Shown here in pieces: positions 1-8,555 of a stretch of DNA of 23,640 nucleotides. A model generated the notes under the pieces. It made no database searches and was not told the origin of the DNA. It worked only from the letters and a program-made list of their open reading frames with translations. The translations under genes and the position numbers were made by a program. The stretch is taken from positions 1 through 23,640 of the forward strand of contig JBJXGI010000058.1 in assembly GCA_046153645.1 (NCBI GenBank). The letters are read 5' to 3'. The first letter of the stretch is position 1. Every line of letters begins with the position of its first letter. Origin of the DNA: Elusimicrobiota bacterium. Lineage in GTDB: Bacteria; Elusimicrobiota; Elusimicrobia; F11.

Positions 1-3000
1 ATAAGGATAAATAAGGTTTTCTGCCTCCAACGGTATCTGGGTAGAAAGATGATAATCCTGACCAAAACTTGAATTGTAAAAAGTTGAAGTTAATGGTTGT
101 GAAAACAATAAAACAGCAGAATCTGGTCTTACATTTTTTTCTTTTTTGATTCTATTAACTGCTTCCTGCGAAGCTACCTGCTCCAGTTCAAATAGTCCGT
201 CCAAGTACTGTTTGTAAAAAAAATAAACTTTTTCATAATTCCCCAAAATTACAGAATCTTTATAAAGCCGGTCATATATTCCTACAAGAAGAAATAGTTT
301 CATTAGTTCAAGGCTCTGTTCCCCTTGAATAGCGCGGTAGCCTTTTTCTCTTACTTCGGCATGAACAGCAGCGTCGAAAGAACCCACAGGAACCCAAAAA
401 GGGATAGATTTTGGATTATTATCCGTTGTTTCTTTTTGAGTTTTTAAACATATCCTCAAAACCAAGTTGGTTTCGGGGTCATTGGAAAGTAAAATATTTT
501 TTTTCTCTTCCAAAGAAGCATTTTTCCATGTTAAAAAGAATTTCTGAATTAATGATAATTCTTTCTTATCACCTGTAAAATTATTTAAACGTTCTCTCAG
601 GAAATTATTCTGTAGAAATTCTAAATACGAAAATGAAAAATGAGGATGGAGATAAAAATAAACATCTTTTGCCCCTCTATTTTTAGCATCCGCAATTGAT
701 TTCCCAACAAAAGGCTTGCGAATTTCAAAATCTCCGCCACTTGATGTTTTTCCAAAAGATAGGTAAATAAAATCTTTTTCTAGAGAAAAGGATTTTTTTA
801 CCTCAGGTTGTATTTGGTTAACGCTAAATACATGAGAATGAGGAGCAACAGAGTTCTGGGCTAAAACAAAGCTTGGGGAGAAGAGTAAAAACAAGGAAAC
901 AATATAAGGAAAAAACCGGAAATTTTTAGAAGACTCTAATTGAACACCTGCGGGGATACCTCCCTGCCACTGCCCATTTACCCATTGAGCTCTGGGTTTT
1001 ATCTGCAAACTTTTATTCCAATGAGTATGCTCTGCATCCATCCAAAAATAGATGAGAAACCCAGCCATCAAAAGAGCCAATAACTGCCCAGCAATACTGA
1101 GATCGCTAAAACCCAGGAACAAAATAATAATAGACAAATAAAATGCGGAGATAAAAATAACCCTTTGGAATAATTTCCCTATAAGTGGTAAGTCTTGAGC
1201 TGGGTCAGTTAATCGATAAACATATTCTCCCTCTTCCGTTAAAACCAACACACGGCCAAAATGGCCAGAAAGTACGTGGCTATATTTATTCCAAGAAAAA
1301 AAGAAAATTGCCGCTATGATTGGAAAAACGTGCCAAGACCCATAATGCCCCTCAAACGCATATCGCAAGAAGCTCCATAGAACAAAACCAATAGAAATAA
1401 AAACAAATCCCGAATATATTTTATAGTTTTCTTTTCGCGGAATTGTTTTTTCAACAAATACCCGATCTACAATTGGAATAATTTCTTTCTGAAGAACATT
1501 CAAAACTTTTCCATCAATAGTTTTACCCCATAATGAAATTAAGTCTTCTTTTGAATATCGTTTATTCAAAAACTCCTTATCATCCACAGGAAATGAAAAG
1601 GCAATTTTTACAATTCTTTCAAAAACTTTTATTTCCCAATCTCTTTTTAAAGATATATTTTTTTCTTGAGCTTTTATTTTAATGTGATTAATTAATTCAG
1701 CTATTTTTAAATCATCTAGGTCAAAATCTTCTGACTCTTTTATTTCTTCAATAAATTCACTTATTAAAAAATTTAAAAACTCAAATTCAGCAAGTGGTAG
1801 GCGACTAATAACAAGATTAAAAAAGGCTTCCCGAGGAGAAAGTTCACCATTAAATTCAATACTATGGTTTCCTAAGCCGAACTCCAAAGTAAGCGCTTTT
1901 AAATATAAGTTAAAAAACAATTCATCAAAATAATCAATTTGCTGAGAGACAAAAGAAACTGTGAGAATTTTTTTCTGTCTATCTTTTCTTTTTGGGTCAT
2001 TCAACAATAATAAAAAATCGTCGTTGGAATTTTCTTTTATCCTGCCTTCCAATATGGAGAAAGTGGATTGAAATCGAGCAGGAATACTCCTGCGATAGTT
2101 TTCTAAAAATTGAAGGTTTAACTTTTCATTATTATTATTATTATTAACCAGCAACAAACCATCAAATTTTCTTATTCTTATTTTGTTTTTAGAGTTAATT
2201 CCAAAATCAGATATATCAGAAGGAGGTTGGAAACCGGCATTTATAAGTTCCCCAATAAATTTCTCTAGATTTTCAATAATAAATACTGCTTCAGCATTTA
2301 ATTGTGCTAGCTTTTGTGAGTCACGATCTGCATTTTCAATACGCTCTATTTCATTGTTAATCTCGTTTAACGTGTCTATGAAACCAACGGTTTTTTTGGT
2401 TATTAAATAAGCTTGCTCTTCTTTAAAAACAATATCGCCTGGAACAAACAGTTTCTTAGATCTCTTAAATAAATTTTTCAGTTTCTTCTCTTGTTCTTTG
2501 GTTAATAACGATAACTCTAAATCAGGGTCTTGCGTGGAAGATTCAAGTTGATCTAGAAGATACTTTGTTTTCATCGCGCTCAAATCGCTATTTAATAAAT
2601 ATACATTTACACCAATCGAATTTAGAAATTCCCCAAGCCATTTTTTCCATGGTTTAGCCCAATAATGAGTCACAAGACTTTCCGATGCTCTTGTATTATC
2701 AATTTGGTAATAAGGAACCTTACCCAAACTTTCAAGGAACTTATTATTTTTCACATGAATAACCGCTTCTTCAGCTACCCCTCTCTGAATTAACCTTTCA
2801 ATTAATTCGTTTACCTCAGCCGGAGTTGTCACTTGACCTTCTGATATAGCTCGCCTTGTTTGACGAACCATTCGAATAAGATCATCAGCATGGACTTTTC
2901 CCACAACCGACCAGAAGTTGCTCTGATGCACAAATGGGACTAAAATTCCCTCTCCAATAAAAATTTCATTTTGATTGGGAAGCCATAATCTTTTTAAGAC

Positions 3001-6000
3001 AATCGAATTTTCATCAGACAAATTCCCTAAATTAAGATACTCCTTATCATTATTCCCAAGAATGACCTTCCACTGATTCGCCTCTTTTTTTAAAAGAATC
3101 TCAATTTGTCTCCCTTCTCGTCCTAAAACAATCAAAACCCTATCTTGGTCTATAGATCTTATATTGACCAGAGTACGGCCCAAAGTAAGATCAAAAGACA
3201 TTCTTTCTTTATATTTTTTAGATAATTGGAAAACAACATTCTTTGAACCAATTTGGAGTAAAAGATCACCATTTGTATCTAATTTAATTTGAGGTCTCCC
3301 TTTGAGCTTCGTGTCATAGAATGGAATAAGAACCATTGAGTTACCTAATGAAATTTCATCAATAACACGCTGAAAATCATCTATATCGTATTTTTTATTC
3401 ACTTCTTCTGTATTCTTTGGGACTCTTTCATTTTTAGGACGAATAAAGTCATCTGCTTCAAAAATAAAAAAAGGTCTTTCTCTGCCATTTTTTTTCATTG
3501 TCAACCTTAAGAGCGACATAATTAATTTAATAATAGTTGATTTCCCTGATCCCGCAAAACCTGGCAACCCTATCCGAAAAGATTTATTGATATCTGAGGT
3601 TTGATATATTGAATCGATTTTTTTCACAAAATCACCAAAAGGAATATGATTTTTCTCTAAGAGACTTCTATCCAAAAATAATCGAAGCTGAGAAACGCGG
3701 TCAAACACAAGTGAAAAGGCCTGTTCAGGTTGCCTAAAAATGTCATCTTCGGGTTCTCCTTTGTTATCAGTTAATGAACTTCTTACCCATCGCCCTTTTT
3801 TCCAATAATAATCTAGATCTCCAACCTTAAGTTCATAGTAACGAATCGTGCTTGGAGTTTGACTCCTTTTAACACTGGGCATTTGATACCTACGTGTGAT
3901 TTGTTCAATATTTCCATAAAAATTCTCATAATAGTCAGTAAATTTATTACCATCTTTATCATACCCCGTAAAATAAACAGGAAACCCTAACACCCATTGG
4001 GGGAAATAGAGATTTCCGTTAGAAAAAGTTTCAAATGGAGTTTTAATTTTATCCATCTTTAATTCCTCAAAAACTTTTCCTTTCCCATTATCATTTAAAG
4101 TCAAATTATCAATGATAGTTTTCTTTTGTGATTGAAGAAAATTCTCAAAATCTATTAAATCTTCACTTTTTAAATAATATTTATTTTTGTACTTAATCAC
4201 TTTTGGAAATGCGCTTAAAAAATTCTGCTTTAAATCTGAATTATCTTTATAAATCCAGAACAATCCATTTTCTAAATCAAATTTCAACCAAGAATAATTG
4301 GCTTTTGTTTTATTCTCTTTTGCTATAGCTATAAAATCAATTAAATCCTGAATGATAACCACTGACTTCATTTGAATTCTCAAAGCGGTTTCTTTTATCT
4401 CTGAGAATTGATGAAGAACGTCCAAATCATTTGACCGCCAAATTAATACCCCGGATTTCATTTTAATTTTCACGTTTTCTCTTAACGAAATTGACTTATA
4501 GGCGCGGGCGAAAAGCCCCTCTCCTGACATCAGAGAAGTCCATTTAGAACCATGCTTTACCAAAGGCCAATCTAGTCTAACGTGGCTTAATTTTAACTGT
4601 GCTCTACGAAGATAATAACTGATCCATTTTTTAGTAGTTGATCCAAAAAATCGAATACCTAAACCAATAGAACTTAAAAGTAAAATTAAAAAAATGAAGT
4701 TTCCTGTCACTAAAAAAGGATCAGAAAAATATTTTGCAGCAGGACCTGCCCCCATAAGTAATGGGGTTATAAATAAAATTAGTTTTTTTCCTTTTAAATT
4801 TTCGCGGGAAAAAGTTGGTTCGATCAAACGACTAAAAAATCCCACAGAAGCTTCTCTTTCTTTAATTGATTTTATTTTTAAAGGAGTTTTATCAAATTGA
4901 ACATCAACCCCGGCTTTTTGAGGCCCCGCTTGAATTGTTATTGATGAAGTTGGATTTCCATCTTTTGAAATAGTGGTGGTCACGTTAACTGAATGAGCAT
5001 GAGAGCCGGGGGCTAAAACTTTTAATTGCTCTGAAGGCTTGTTTGTCGGCCACAATGCAACAATAGTCAAAACCCATAATGGCAACGACTTCACAGGGTT
5101 TCCACTTAAAAACAGCTTTTGACCTTGGAAAAGTTTTTCAACAGGGGTTTTTTCCTGTTCAAAAAAAGACAAATATTTTGAACCTTTATCCGCGGTTGAA
5201 AACTGAGGTTGCCACCGTTCAACAGTTAAACCAACTTTTCGCAATTCTCGTTCAATTCCAAAAGAGTGAAACCCCCCCGTTACAAGCACAACTGATTTAT
5301 TTTGACTCAAACTCTTTTTCTCTTTTACCAACGCTTCAATAATATTTTTTGACATACTTTTATCTCTGTTTTCTGCTTCGAAATAAAAGTTTTCAAATGG
5401 CTCAATTCCAGCAGGATGAAAACGAAGTTTCATTTGCGTTGAAACCACCTTATAATCAGCCCATTCAAACTGTGTTAAAGAGAAATCGGACAATTTAGCT
5501 AAAAGAAAATACCACTGAACATCTTCAATGAACCTTTTCTCCCGCCGAGAAGCCTTTATTTTCAAGGGATATTGGTTGACCATCTCATGAACTTCTTTAA
5601 AAAGATTTTCGCCTTCGACTTCATTAACAAATTTAATGTAAGACAAATAATCATTGAAATTTTCAGGGATAAGAACATGGGTTCTTTTTCTTAAATTTTC
5701 TATAAAAGCATAAAACTCAATCTCTTTTATCTCACCAGATTTAATCTTTTGACTAATTTCATTTAAGAAATTGCGTTCTTGTTGTGAAATTTTACCTATG
5801 AGCGCAGTGAGAAACATTTTCCTCTCATATTCAATTTTTGAAAAATCTAATTTTTTTTCAATATCCAGAGCTTTGGAAAATAAAGCGACATTTTTACTGG
5901 AATAACCCAGTGTGGTAGATAAGTAATGGACATACTCTCCTAGAGAAAGGCTTCCTTGATGAAACCGAGTCATTTGGTCAACAAATATTTTCACTGGTAG

Positions 6001-6579
6001 AGAGCTATTTTCTTTCTCTTCATTTATTTTTTTTTGATACAAATTAAGCTGGTTTTTAAATTCAACTATTTTTTCCCTTGAACCAAGGTAAGCATCAATA
6101 TTTTTTTGATAATGATGGGGATCGTCAACACCAATAATCGTAGGATTATTTTTAGGCGCGGTAATAGCTGCAAAAACAGGGCCGGGAATCTTATTATTTT
6201 CAATCAAAAATTCCCCTACCGCCTGAGCTATATTTTTACGCGGATATCCATATAAGCCGGATAAATTTACTTTCCCATTCATACCCTCAAGAGCAAGGAA
6301 TGAAACTTTATCTTTGTCGATTAATTCCTTAATCTTCTCGGCCATGTTTTTCTGAGCTTCGACATGATTGTGGACGTCTTGAATATAAATAACATCAGGA
6401 GATTTTTTTTGAGAAGAAGAAACTGAATTTCCAAGAGAATGCCCAAAAGAAAATTGATTATTCGAGGGAAGTGTTTTTTTTCTCTCACTCCAGACATGAG
6501 ATTCAGCTATTCCGGCTAAAACGACATGATTTAAAAAAAATATGAGCGCCAAACTAAAAGAAAAAAATTTATTTATCAC
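1..6579 (-). CDS. Giant secreted/membrane multidomain protein (>2193 aa, 3' end outside window): signal peptide, conserved N-terminal domain, TM hairpin, uridine-kinase-like P-loop domain, 4-TM CPBP-like module
   Basis: GTG at 6579 with AGGAG 6 nt upstream (6586-6590). Manual reading shows no stop in this frame down to base 1. N-terminus MINKFFSFSLALIFFLNHVVLAGIAESHVWSERKK; motifs QDVH (6381-6370), LEG, IGVDD, TGGFH (GGFH 5277-5266), GFAGSGKS (3561-3538). Confidence 0.93.
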   Translation of the reverse strand, partial: MINKFFSFSLALIFFLNHVVLAGIAESHVWSERKKTLPSNNQFSFGHSLGNSVSSSQKKSPDVIYIQDVHNHVEAQKNMAEKIKELIDKDKVSFLALEGMNGKVNLSGLYGYPRKNIAQAVGEFLIENNKIPGPVFAAITAPKNNPTIIGVDDPHHYQKNIDAYLGSREKIVEFKNQLNLYQKKINEEKENSSLPVKIFVDQMTRFHQGSLSLGEYVHYLSTTLGYSSKNVALFSKALDIEKKLDFSKIEYERKMFLTALIGKISQQERNFLNEISQKIKSGEIKEIEFYAFIENLRKRTHVLIPENFNDYLSYIKFVNEVEGENLFKEVHEMVNQYPLKIKASRREKRFIEDVQWYFLLAKLSDFSLTQFEWADYKVVSTQMKLRFHPAGIEPFENFYFEAENRDKSMSKNIIEALVKEKKSLSQNKSVVLVTGGFHSFGIERELRKVGLTVERWQPQFSTADKGSKYLSFFEQEKTPVEKLFQGQKLFLSGNPVKSLPLWVLTIVALWPTNKPSEQLKVLAPGSHAHSVNVTTTISKDGNPTSSITIQAGPQKAGVDVQFDKTPLKIKSIKEREASVGFFSRLIEPTFSRENLKGKKLILFITPLLMGAGPAAKYFSDPFLVTGNFIFLILLLSSIGLGIRFFGSTTKKWISYYLRRAQLKLSHVRLDWPLVKHGSKWTSLMSGEGLFARAYKSISLRENVKIKMKSGVLIWRSNDLDVLHQFSEIKETALRIQMKSVVIIQDLIDFIAIAKENKTKANYSWLKFDLENGLFWIYKDNSDLKQNFLSAFPKVIKYKNKYYLKSEDLIDFENFLQSQKKTIIDNLTLNDNGKGKVFEELKMDKIKTPFETFSNGNLYFPQWVLGFPVYFTGYDKDGNKFTDYYENFYGNIEQITRRYQMPSVKRSQTPSTIRYYELKVGDLDYYWKKGRWVRSSLTDNKGEPEDDIFRQPEQAFSLVFDRVSQLRLFLDRSLLEKNHIPFGDFVKKIDSIYQTSDINKSFRIGLPGFAGSGKSTIIKLIMSLLRLTMKKNGRERPFFIFEADDFIRPKNERVPKNTEEVNKKYDIDDFQRVIDEISLGNSMVLIPFYDTKLKGRPQIKLDTNGDLLLQIGSKNVVFQLSKKYKERMSFDLTLGRTLVNIRSIDQDRVLIVLGREGRQIEILLKKEANQWKVILGNNDKEYLNLGNLSDENSIVLKRLWLPNQNEIFIGEGILVPFVHQSNFWSVVGKVHADDLIRMVRQTRRAISEGQVTTPAEVNELIERLIQRGVAEEAVIHVKNNKFLESLGKVPYYQIDNTRASESLVTHYWAKPWKKWLGEFLNSIGVNVYLLNSDLSAMKTKYLLDQLESSTQDPDLELSLLTKEQEKKLKNLFKRSKKLFVPGDIVFKEEQAYLITKKTVGFIDTLNEINNEIERIENADRDSQKLAQLNAEAVFIIENLEKFIGELINAGFQPPSDISDFGINSKNKIRIRKFDGLLLVNNNNNNEKLNLQFLENYRRSIPARFQSTFSILEGRIKENSNDDFLLLLNDPKRKDRQKKILTVSFVSQQIDYFDELFFNLYLKALTLEFGLGNHSIEFNGELSPREAFFNLVISRLPLAEFEFLNFLISEFIEEIKESEDFDLDDLKIAELINHIKIKAQEKNISLKRDWEIKVFERIVKIAFSFPVDDKEFLNKRYSKEDLISLWGKTIDGKVLNVLQKEIIPIVDRVFVEKTIPRKENYKIYSGFVFISIGFVLWSFLRYAFEGHYGSWHVFPIIAAIFFFSWNKYSHVLSGHFGRVLVLTEEGEYVYRLTDPAQDLPLIGKLFQRVIFISAFYLSIIILFLGFSDLSIAGQLLALLMAGFLIYFWMDAEHTHWNKSLQIKPRAQWVNGQWQGGIPAGVQLESSKNFRFFPYIVSLFLLFSPSFVLAQNSVAPHSHVFSVNQIQPEVKKSFSLEKDFIYLSFGKTSSGGDFEIRKPFVGKSIADAKNRGAKDVYFYLHPHFSFSYLEFLQNNFLRERLNNFTGDKKELSLIQKFFLTWKNASLEEKKNILLSNDPETNLVLRICLKTQKETTDNNPKSIPFWVPVGSFDAAVHAEVREKGYRAIQGEQSLELMKLFLLVGIYDRLYKDSVILGNYEKVYFFYKQYLDGLFELEQVASQEAVNRIKKEKNVRPDSAVLLFSQPLTSTFYNSSFGQDYHLSTQIPLEAENLIYPY
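2128..2145 (-). repeat. (AAT)6 microsatellite encoding an Asn6 run inside the giant ORF
   Basis: att x6 on the + strand, in frame with the giant ORF. Confidence 0.85.
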
Positions 6580-6713
6580 AAATGTCTCCTATTGGTTTCT
6601 TTGCCCAATATTGAAACATTCTCAGGTTTTAATCAGATATCAAAAACATTAAAAAGAAGTTATTTTTTGGTAAACGAAATGTAACAGGAGCAGCATTTTC
6701 GATGCGAAAGGAG

Positions 6714-6785
6714 TGCCCCCACGGAGAATCGAACTCCGATTTACGGCTTGAAAAGCCGATGTCCTAACCGTTAGACGATGGGGGC
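6714..6785 (-). tRNA. tRNA-Glu(UUC), CCA not encoded
   Basis: Reverse complement GCCCCCATCGTCTAACGGTTAGGACATCGGC-TTTTCAA-GCCGTAAATCGGAG-TTCGATT-CTCCGTGGGGGCA folds as a cloverleaf; anticodon TTC. Confidence 0.96.
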
Positions 6786-6793
6786 TAAAAAAG

Positions 6794-6866
6794 TGTGCCC
6801 GGAGAGATTCGAACTCTCGACCCTTCGATTAAAAGTCGAATGCTCTACCAGCTGAGCTACGGGCAC
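6794..6866 (-). tRNA. tRNA-Lys(UUU), CCA not encoded
   Basis: GTGCCCGTAGCTCAGCTGGTAGAGCATTCGA-CTTTTAA-TCGAAGGGTCGAGAG-TTCGAAT-CTCTCCGGGCACA; anticodon TTT. Confidence 0.97.
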
Positions 6867-7001
6867 GAATTACTTATCCAACTGGCTGATAGATGTTTTT
6901 ATAGGAAAATCCAATAATGACATCGGGTTGGAAAAAGAAAACGCCAATGAGATAAAAAAGTCATTAGCGAAGGATGAAGAGTATAGCAAAAAAGATAAAA
7001 A

Positions 7002-7745
7002 TTACTCTGACAAAATTTGTGCGGCTAAAGACGGATGCTCTCTTAATAACTTCTCGATCCTTTTACGAGCGTCATTTCGATCACTCTCCGATGGAGCTGT
7101 TAATAAAATAGATTTATATAACATTCCTGCTTTTTCAATTTTCCCTATCTTCTTAAAGAGATTAGCAAGAACAAATTTAAAAAGAACCGGCGAATCTGGG
7201 TACTTTGTCGTATTTTCTAAAATAGAAATAAGTTTTTCATCTTCTCCGGAGTTCTTATAAAGGATCGCCGTGGCGTACAAATGATATCGCCAGAAGGTCG
7301 GATCTCTTACAATGGCTTCTCTCAAATAAGAAAGGGCTTCTTCCGATCGAGACTGGTTAAAAGCAAGCGCTCCCCCCGCTTCTAAAATCACATGATTAAA
7401 AAACGGGTCTAACCGCAAATATCTAAGTCCCAGTTCGTACAAGCGAGGGTACTTTCCACGCATAGTAAAATCGGTTCTATTTCCCTGTTCATCTATTTTC
7501 GTTACCAAATCTTTGTTTTCATTTTCTCTCACACCATAATACTGAAGGAATTGAATATAACCGACATCGGCTGCCAACCGCCGAGCACCTAATGAAACAA
7601 AACCCATATCAGATGAATAATATTCAGTTAAAACCAATTCTCGAAGATGAGGATATTTCCAATTCTCATGAGAACTAAGAAAATACTGACTGATCCCCAC
7701 AAGAAAAGGGAAAAAAACAAATGAAAAGAGAACCCGACTTGTCAT
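7002..7745 (-). CDS. Membrane-anchored TPR-like protein associated with the ABC transporter (PilG/Xap-like)
   Basis: N-terminal hydrophobic helix, ADxxYIQFLQYYG and LRLDPFF motifs, helical TPR-like C-terminus; 6 nt downstream of the permease. Confidence 0.7.
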   Translation of the reverse strand: MTSRVLFSFVFFPFLVGISQYFLSSHENWKYPHLRELVLTEYYSSDMGFVSLGARRLAADVGYIQFLQYYGVRENENKDLVTKIDEQGNRTDFTMRGKYPRLYELGLRYLRLDPFFNHVILEAGGALAFNQSRSEEALSYLREAIVRDPTFWRYHLYATAILYKNSGEDEKLISILENTTKYPDSPVLFKFVLANLFKKIGKIEKAGMLYKSILLTAPSESDRNDARKRIEKLLREHPSLAAQILSE

Positions 7746-7751
7746 ATCACA

Positions 7752-8555
7752 CTAAAACTCTTTTTTAGAAAAAAGATAAGTGCTTAAAGAAAGAAAAAAC
7801 CCCGCATAACCAACAGAATAGAGAAACACCCAACCAAGAGAAGAATAACCAGAAAAACCAGCAACAGAAAAATGATCTCGAAAGTTAAAATAATGGAAAT
7901 TGGGAAGAACCCAAGAAATAAATTTAAAAGCATATCGAATAATATCTGAAGAAATATTTTTCATTAAAAAAGAAATTTCTGAACTAAAATGGCCAGAAAC
8001 CCAAAAGAAAGAAGTGAAAACCAAAGCTGAGACCGATGAGCTAGCAAACAAAGAGAAAAATAAGGCAATAGAAATCGTGACAAAAATTTTCGCAATTGAC
8101 ATAAAAACCAAAATGGGATAACTGCTCCAAAAAGGAAAAGATGAAGAAAAAGTTTTAAACTCACTATATTGAGTTAATAAGATAACAAGATGAAAAAAAG
8201 CCATCACAAGCATTGTCAACGCCACAGCCATATTAAACCCCAAAAATCGTCCTAACACATAATAAACTCGCGGCAGAGGGCGACTTAAAATCAAATAGAT
8301 GGTTTTACTTTCCATTTCTTGGGTGATTAATGTAACGGCCCCAAACACCGCCGCCGCCAGAGCAAATAGTTCAATGGAAACCAATCCCAAATCAAAAATG
8401 ACCCTTGGAGTGTGACCTGGAGCCAATTGCCCTAGTAATAGAGAGGAAAGAAGAATAATTCCTCCAAAAAAAACAATAATAAGATAAAGGCGATTTCGAA
8501 TCTGCTCGATGAGTGTAATTTTAGCAATCGCCCAAATAGAATGAAGGTTATGCAT
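7752..8555 (-). CDS. ABC-2 type transporter permease (PilI/NosY-like)
   Basis: Multiple TM helices, 'EMESKTIYLILSRPLPR..YVLGRFLG' signature, C-terminal FSKKEF. ATG 8555 has GGAG 9 nt upstream and overlaps the ATPase stop (ORF track start 8570). Confidence 0.9.
   Translation of the reverse strand: MHNLHSIWAIAKITLIEQIRNRLYLIIVFFGGIILLSSLLLGQLAPGHTPRVIFDLGLVSIELFALAAAVFGAVTLITQEMESKTIYLILSRPLPRVYYVLGRFLGFNMAVALTMLVMAFFHLVILLTQYSEFKTFSSSFPFWSSYPILVFMSIAKIFVTISIALFFSLFASSSVSALVFTSFFWVSGHFSSEISFLMKNISSDIIRYAFKFISWVLPNFHYFNFRDHFSVAGFSGYSSLGWVFLYSVGYAGFFLSLSTYLFSKKEF

Noticed and set aside
2970..3295. Insertion in the kinase domain as a possible intein
   Set aside because: No N-terminal Cys/Ser block and no His-Asn followed by Cys/Ser/Thr splice junction
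2183..5342. Short + strand ORFs (2183, 4694, 5079)
   Set aside because: Antisense shadows of the giant minus-strand ORF; no RBS or recognisable motifs
6652..6668. 17-mer AAAAAATAACTTCTTTT shared between the upstream region of giant 1 (- strand) and codons of giant 2 (21038-21054)
   Set aside because: Low-complexity AT-rich word, non-coding in one place and coding in the other; chance cannot be excluded
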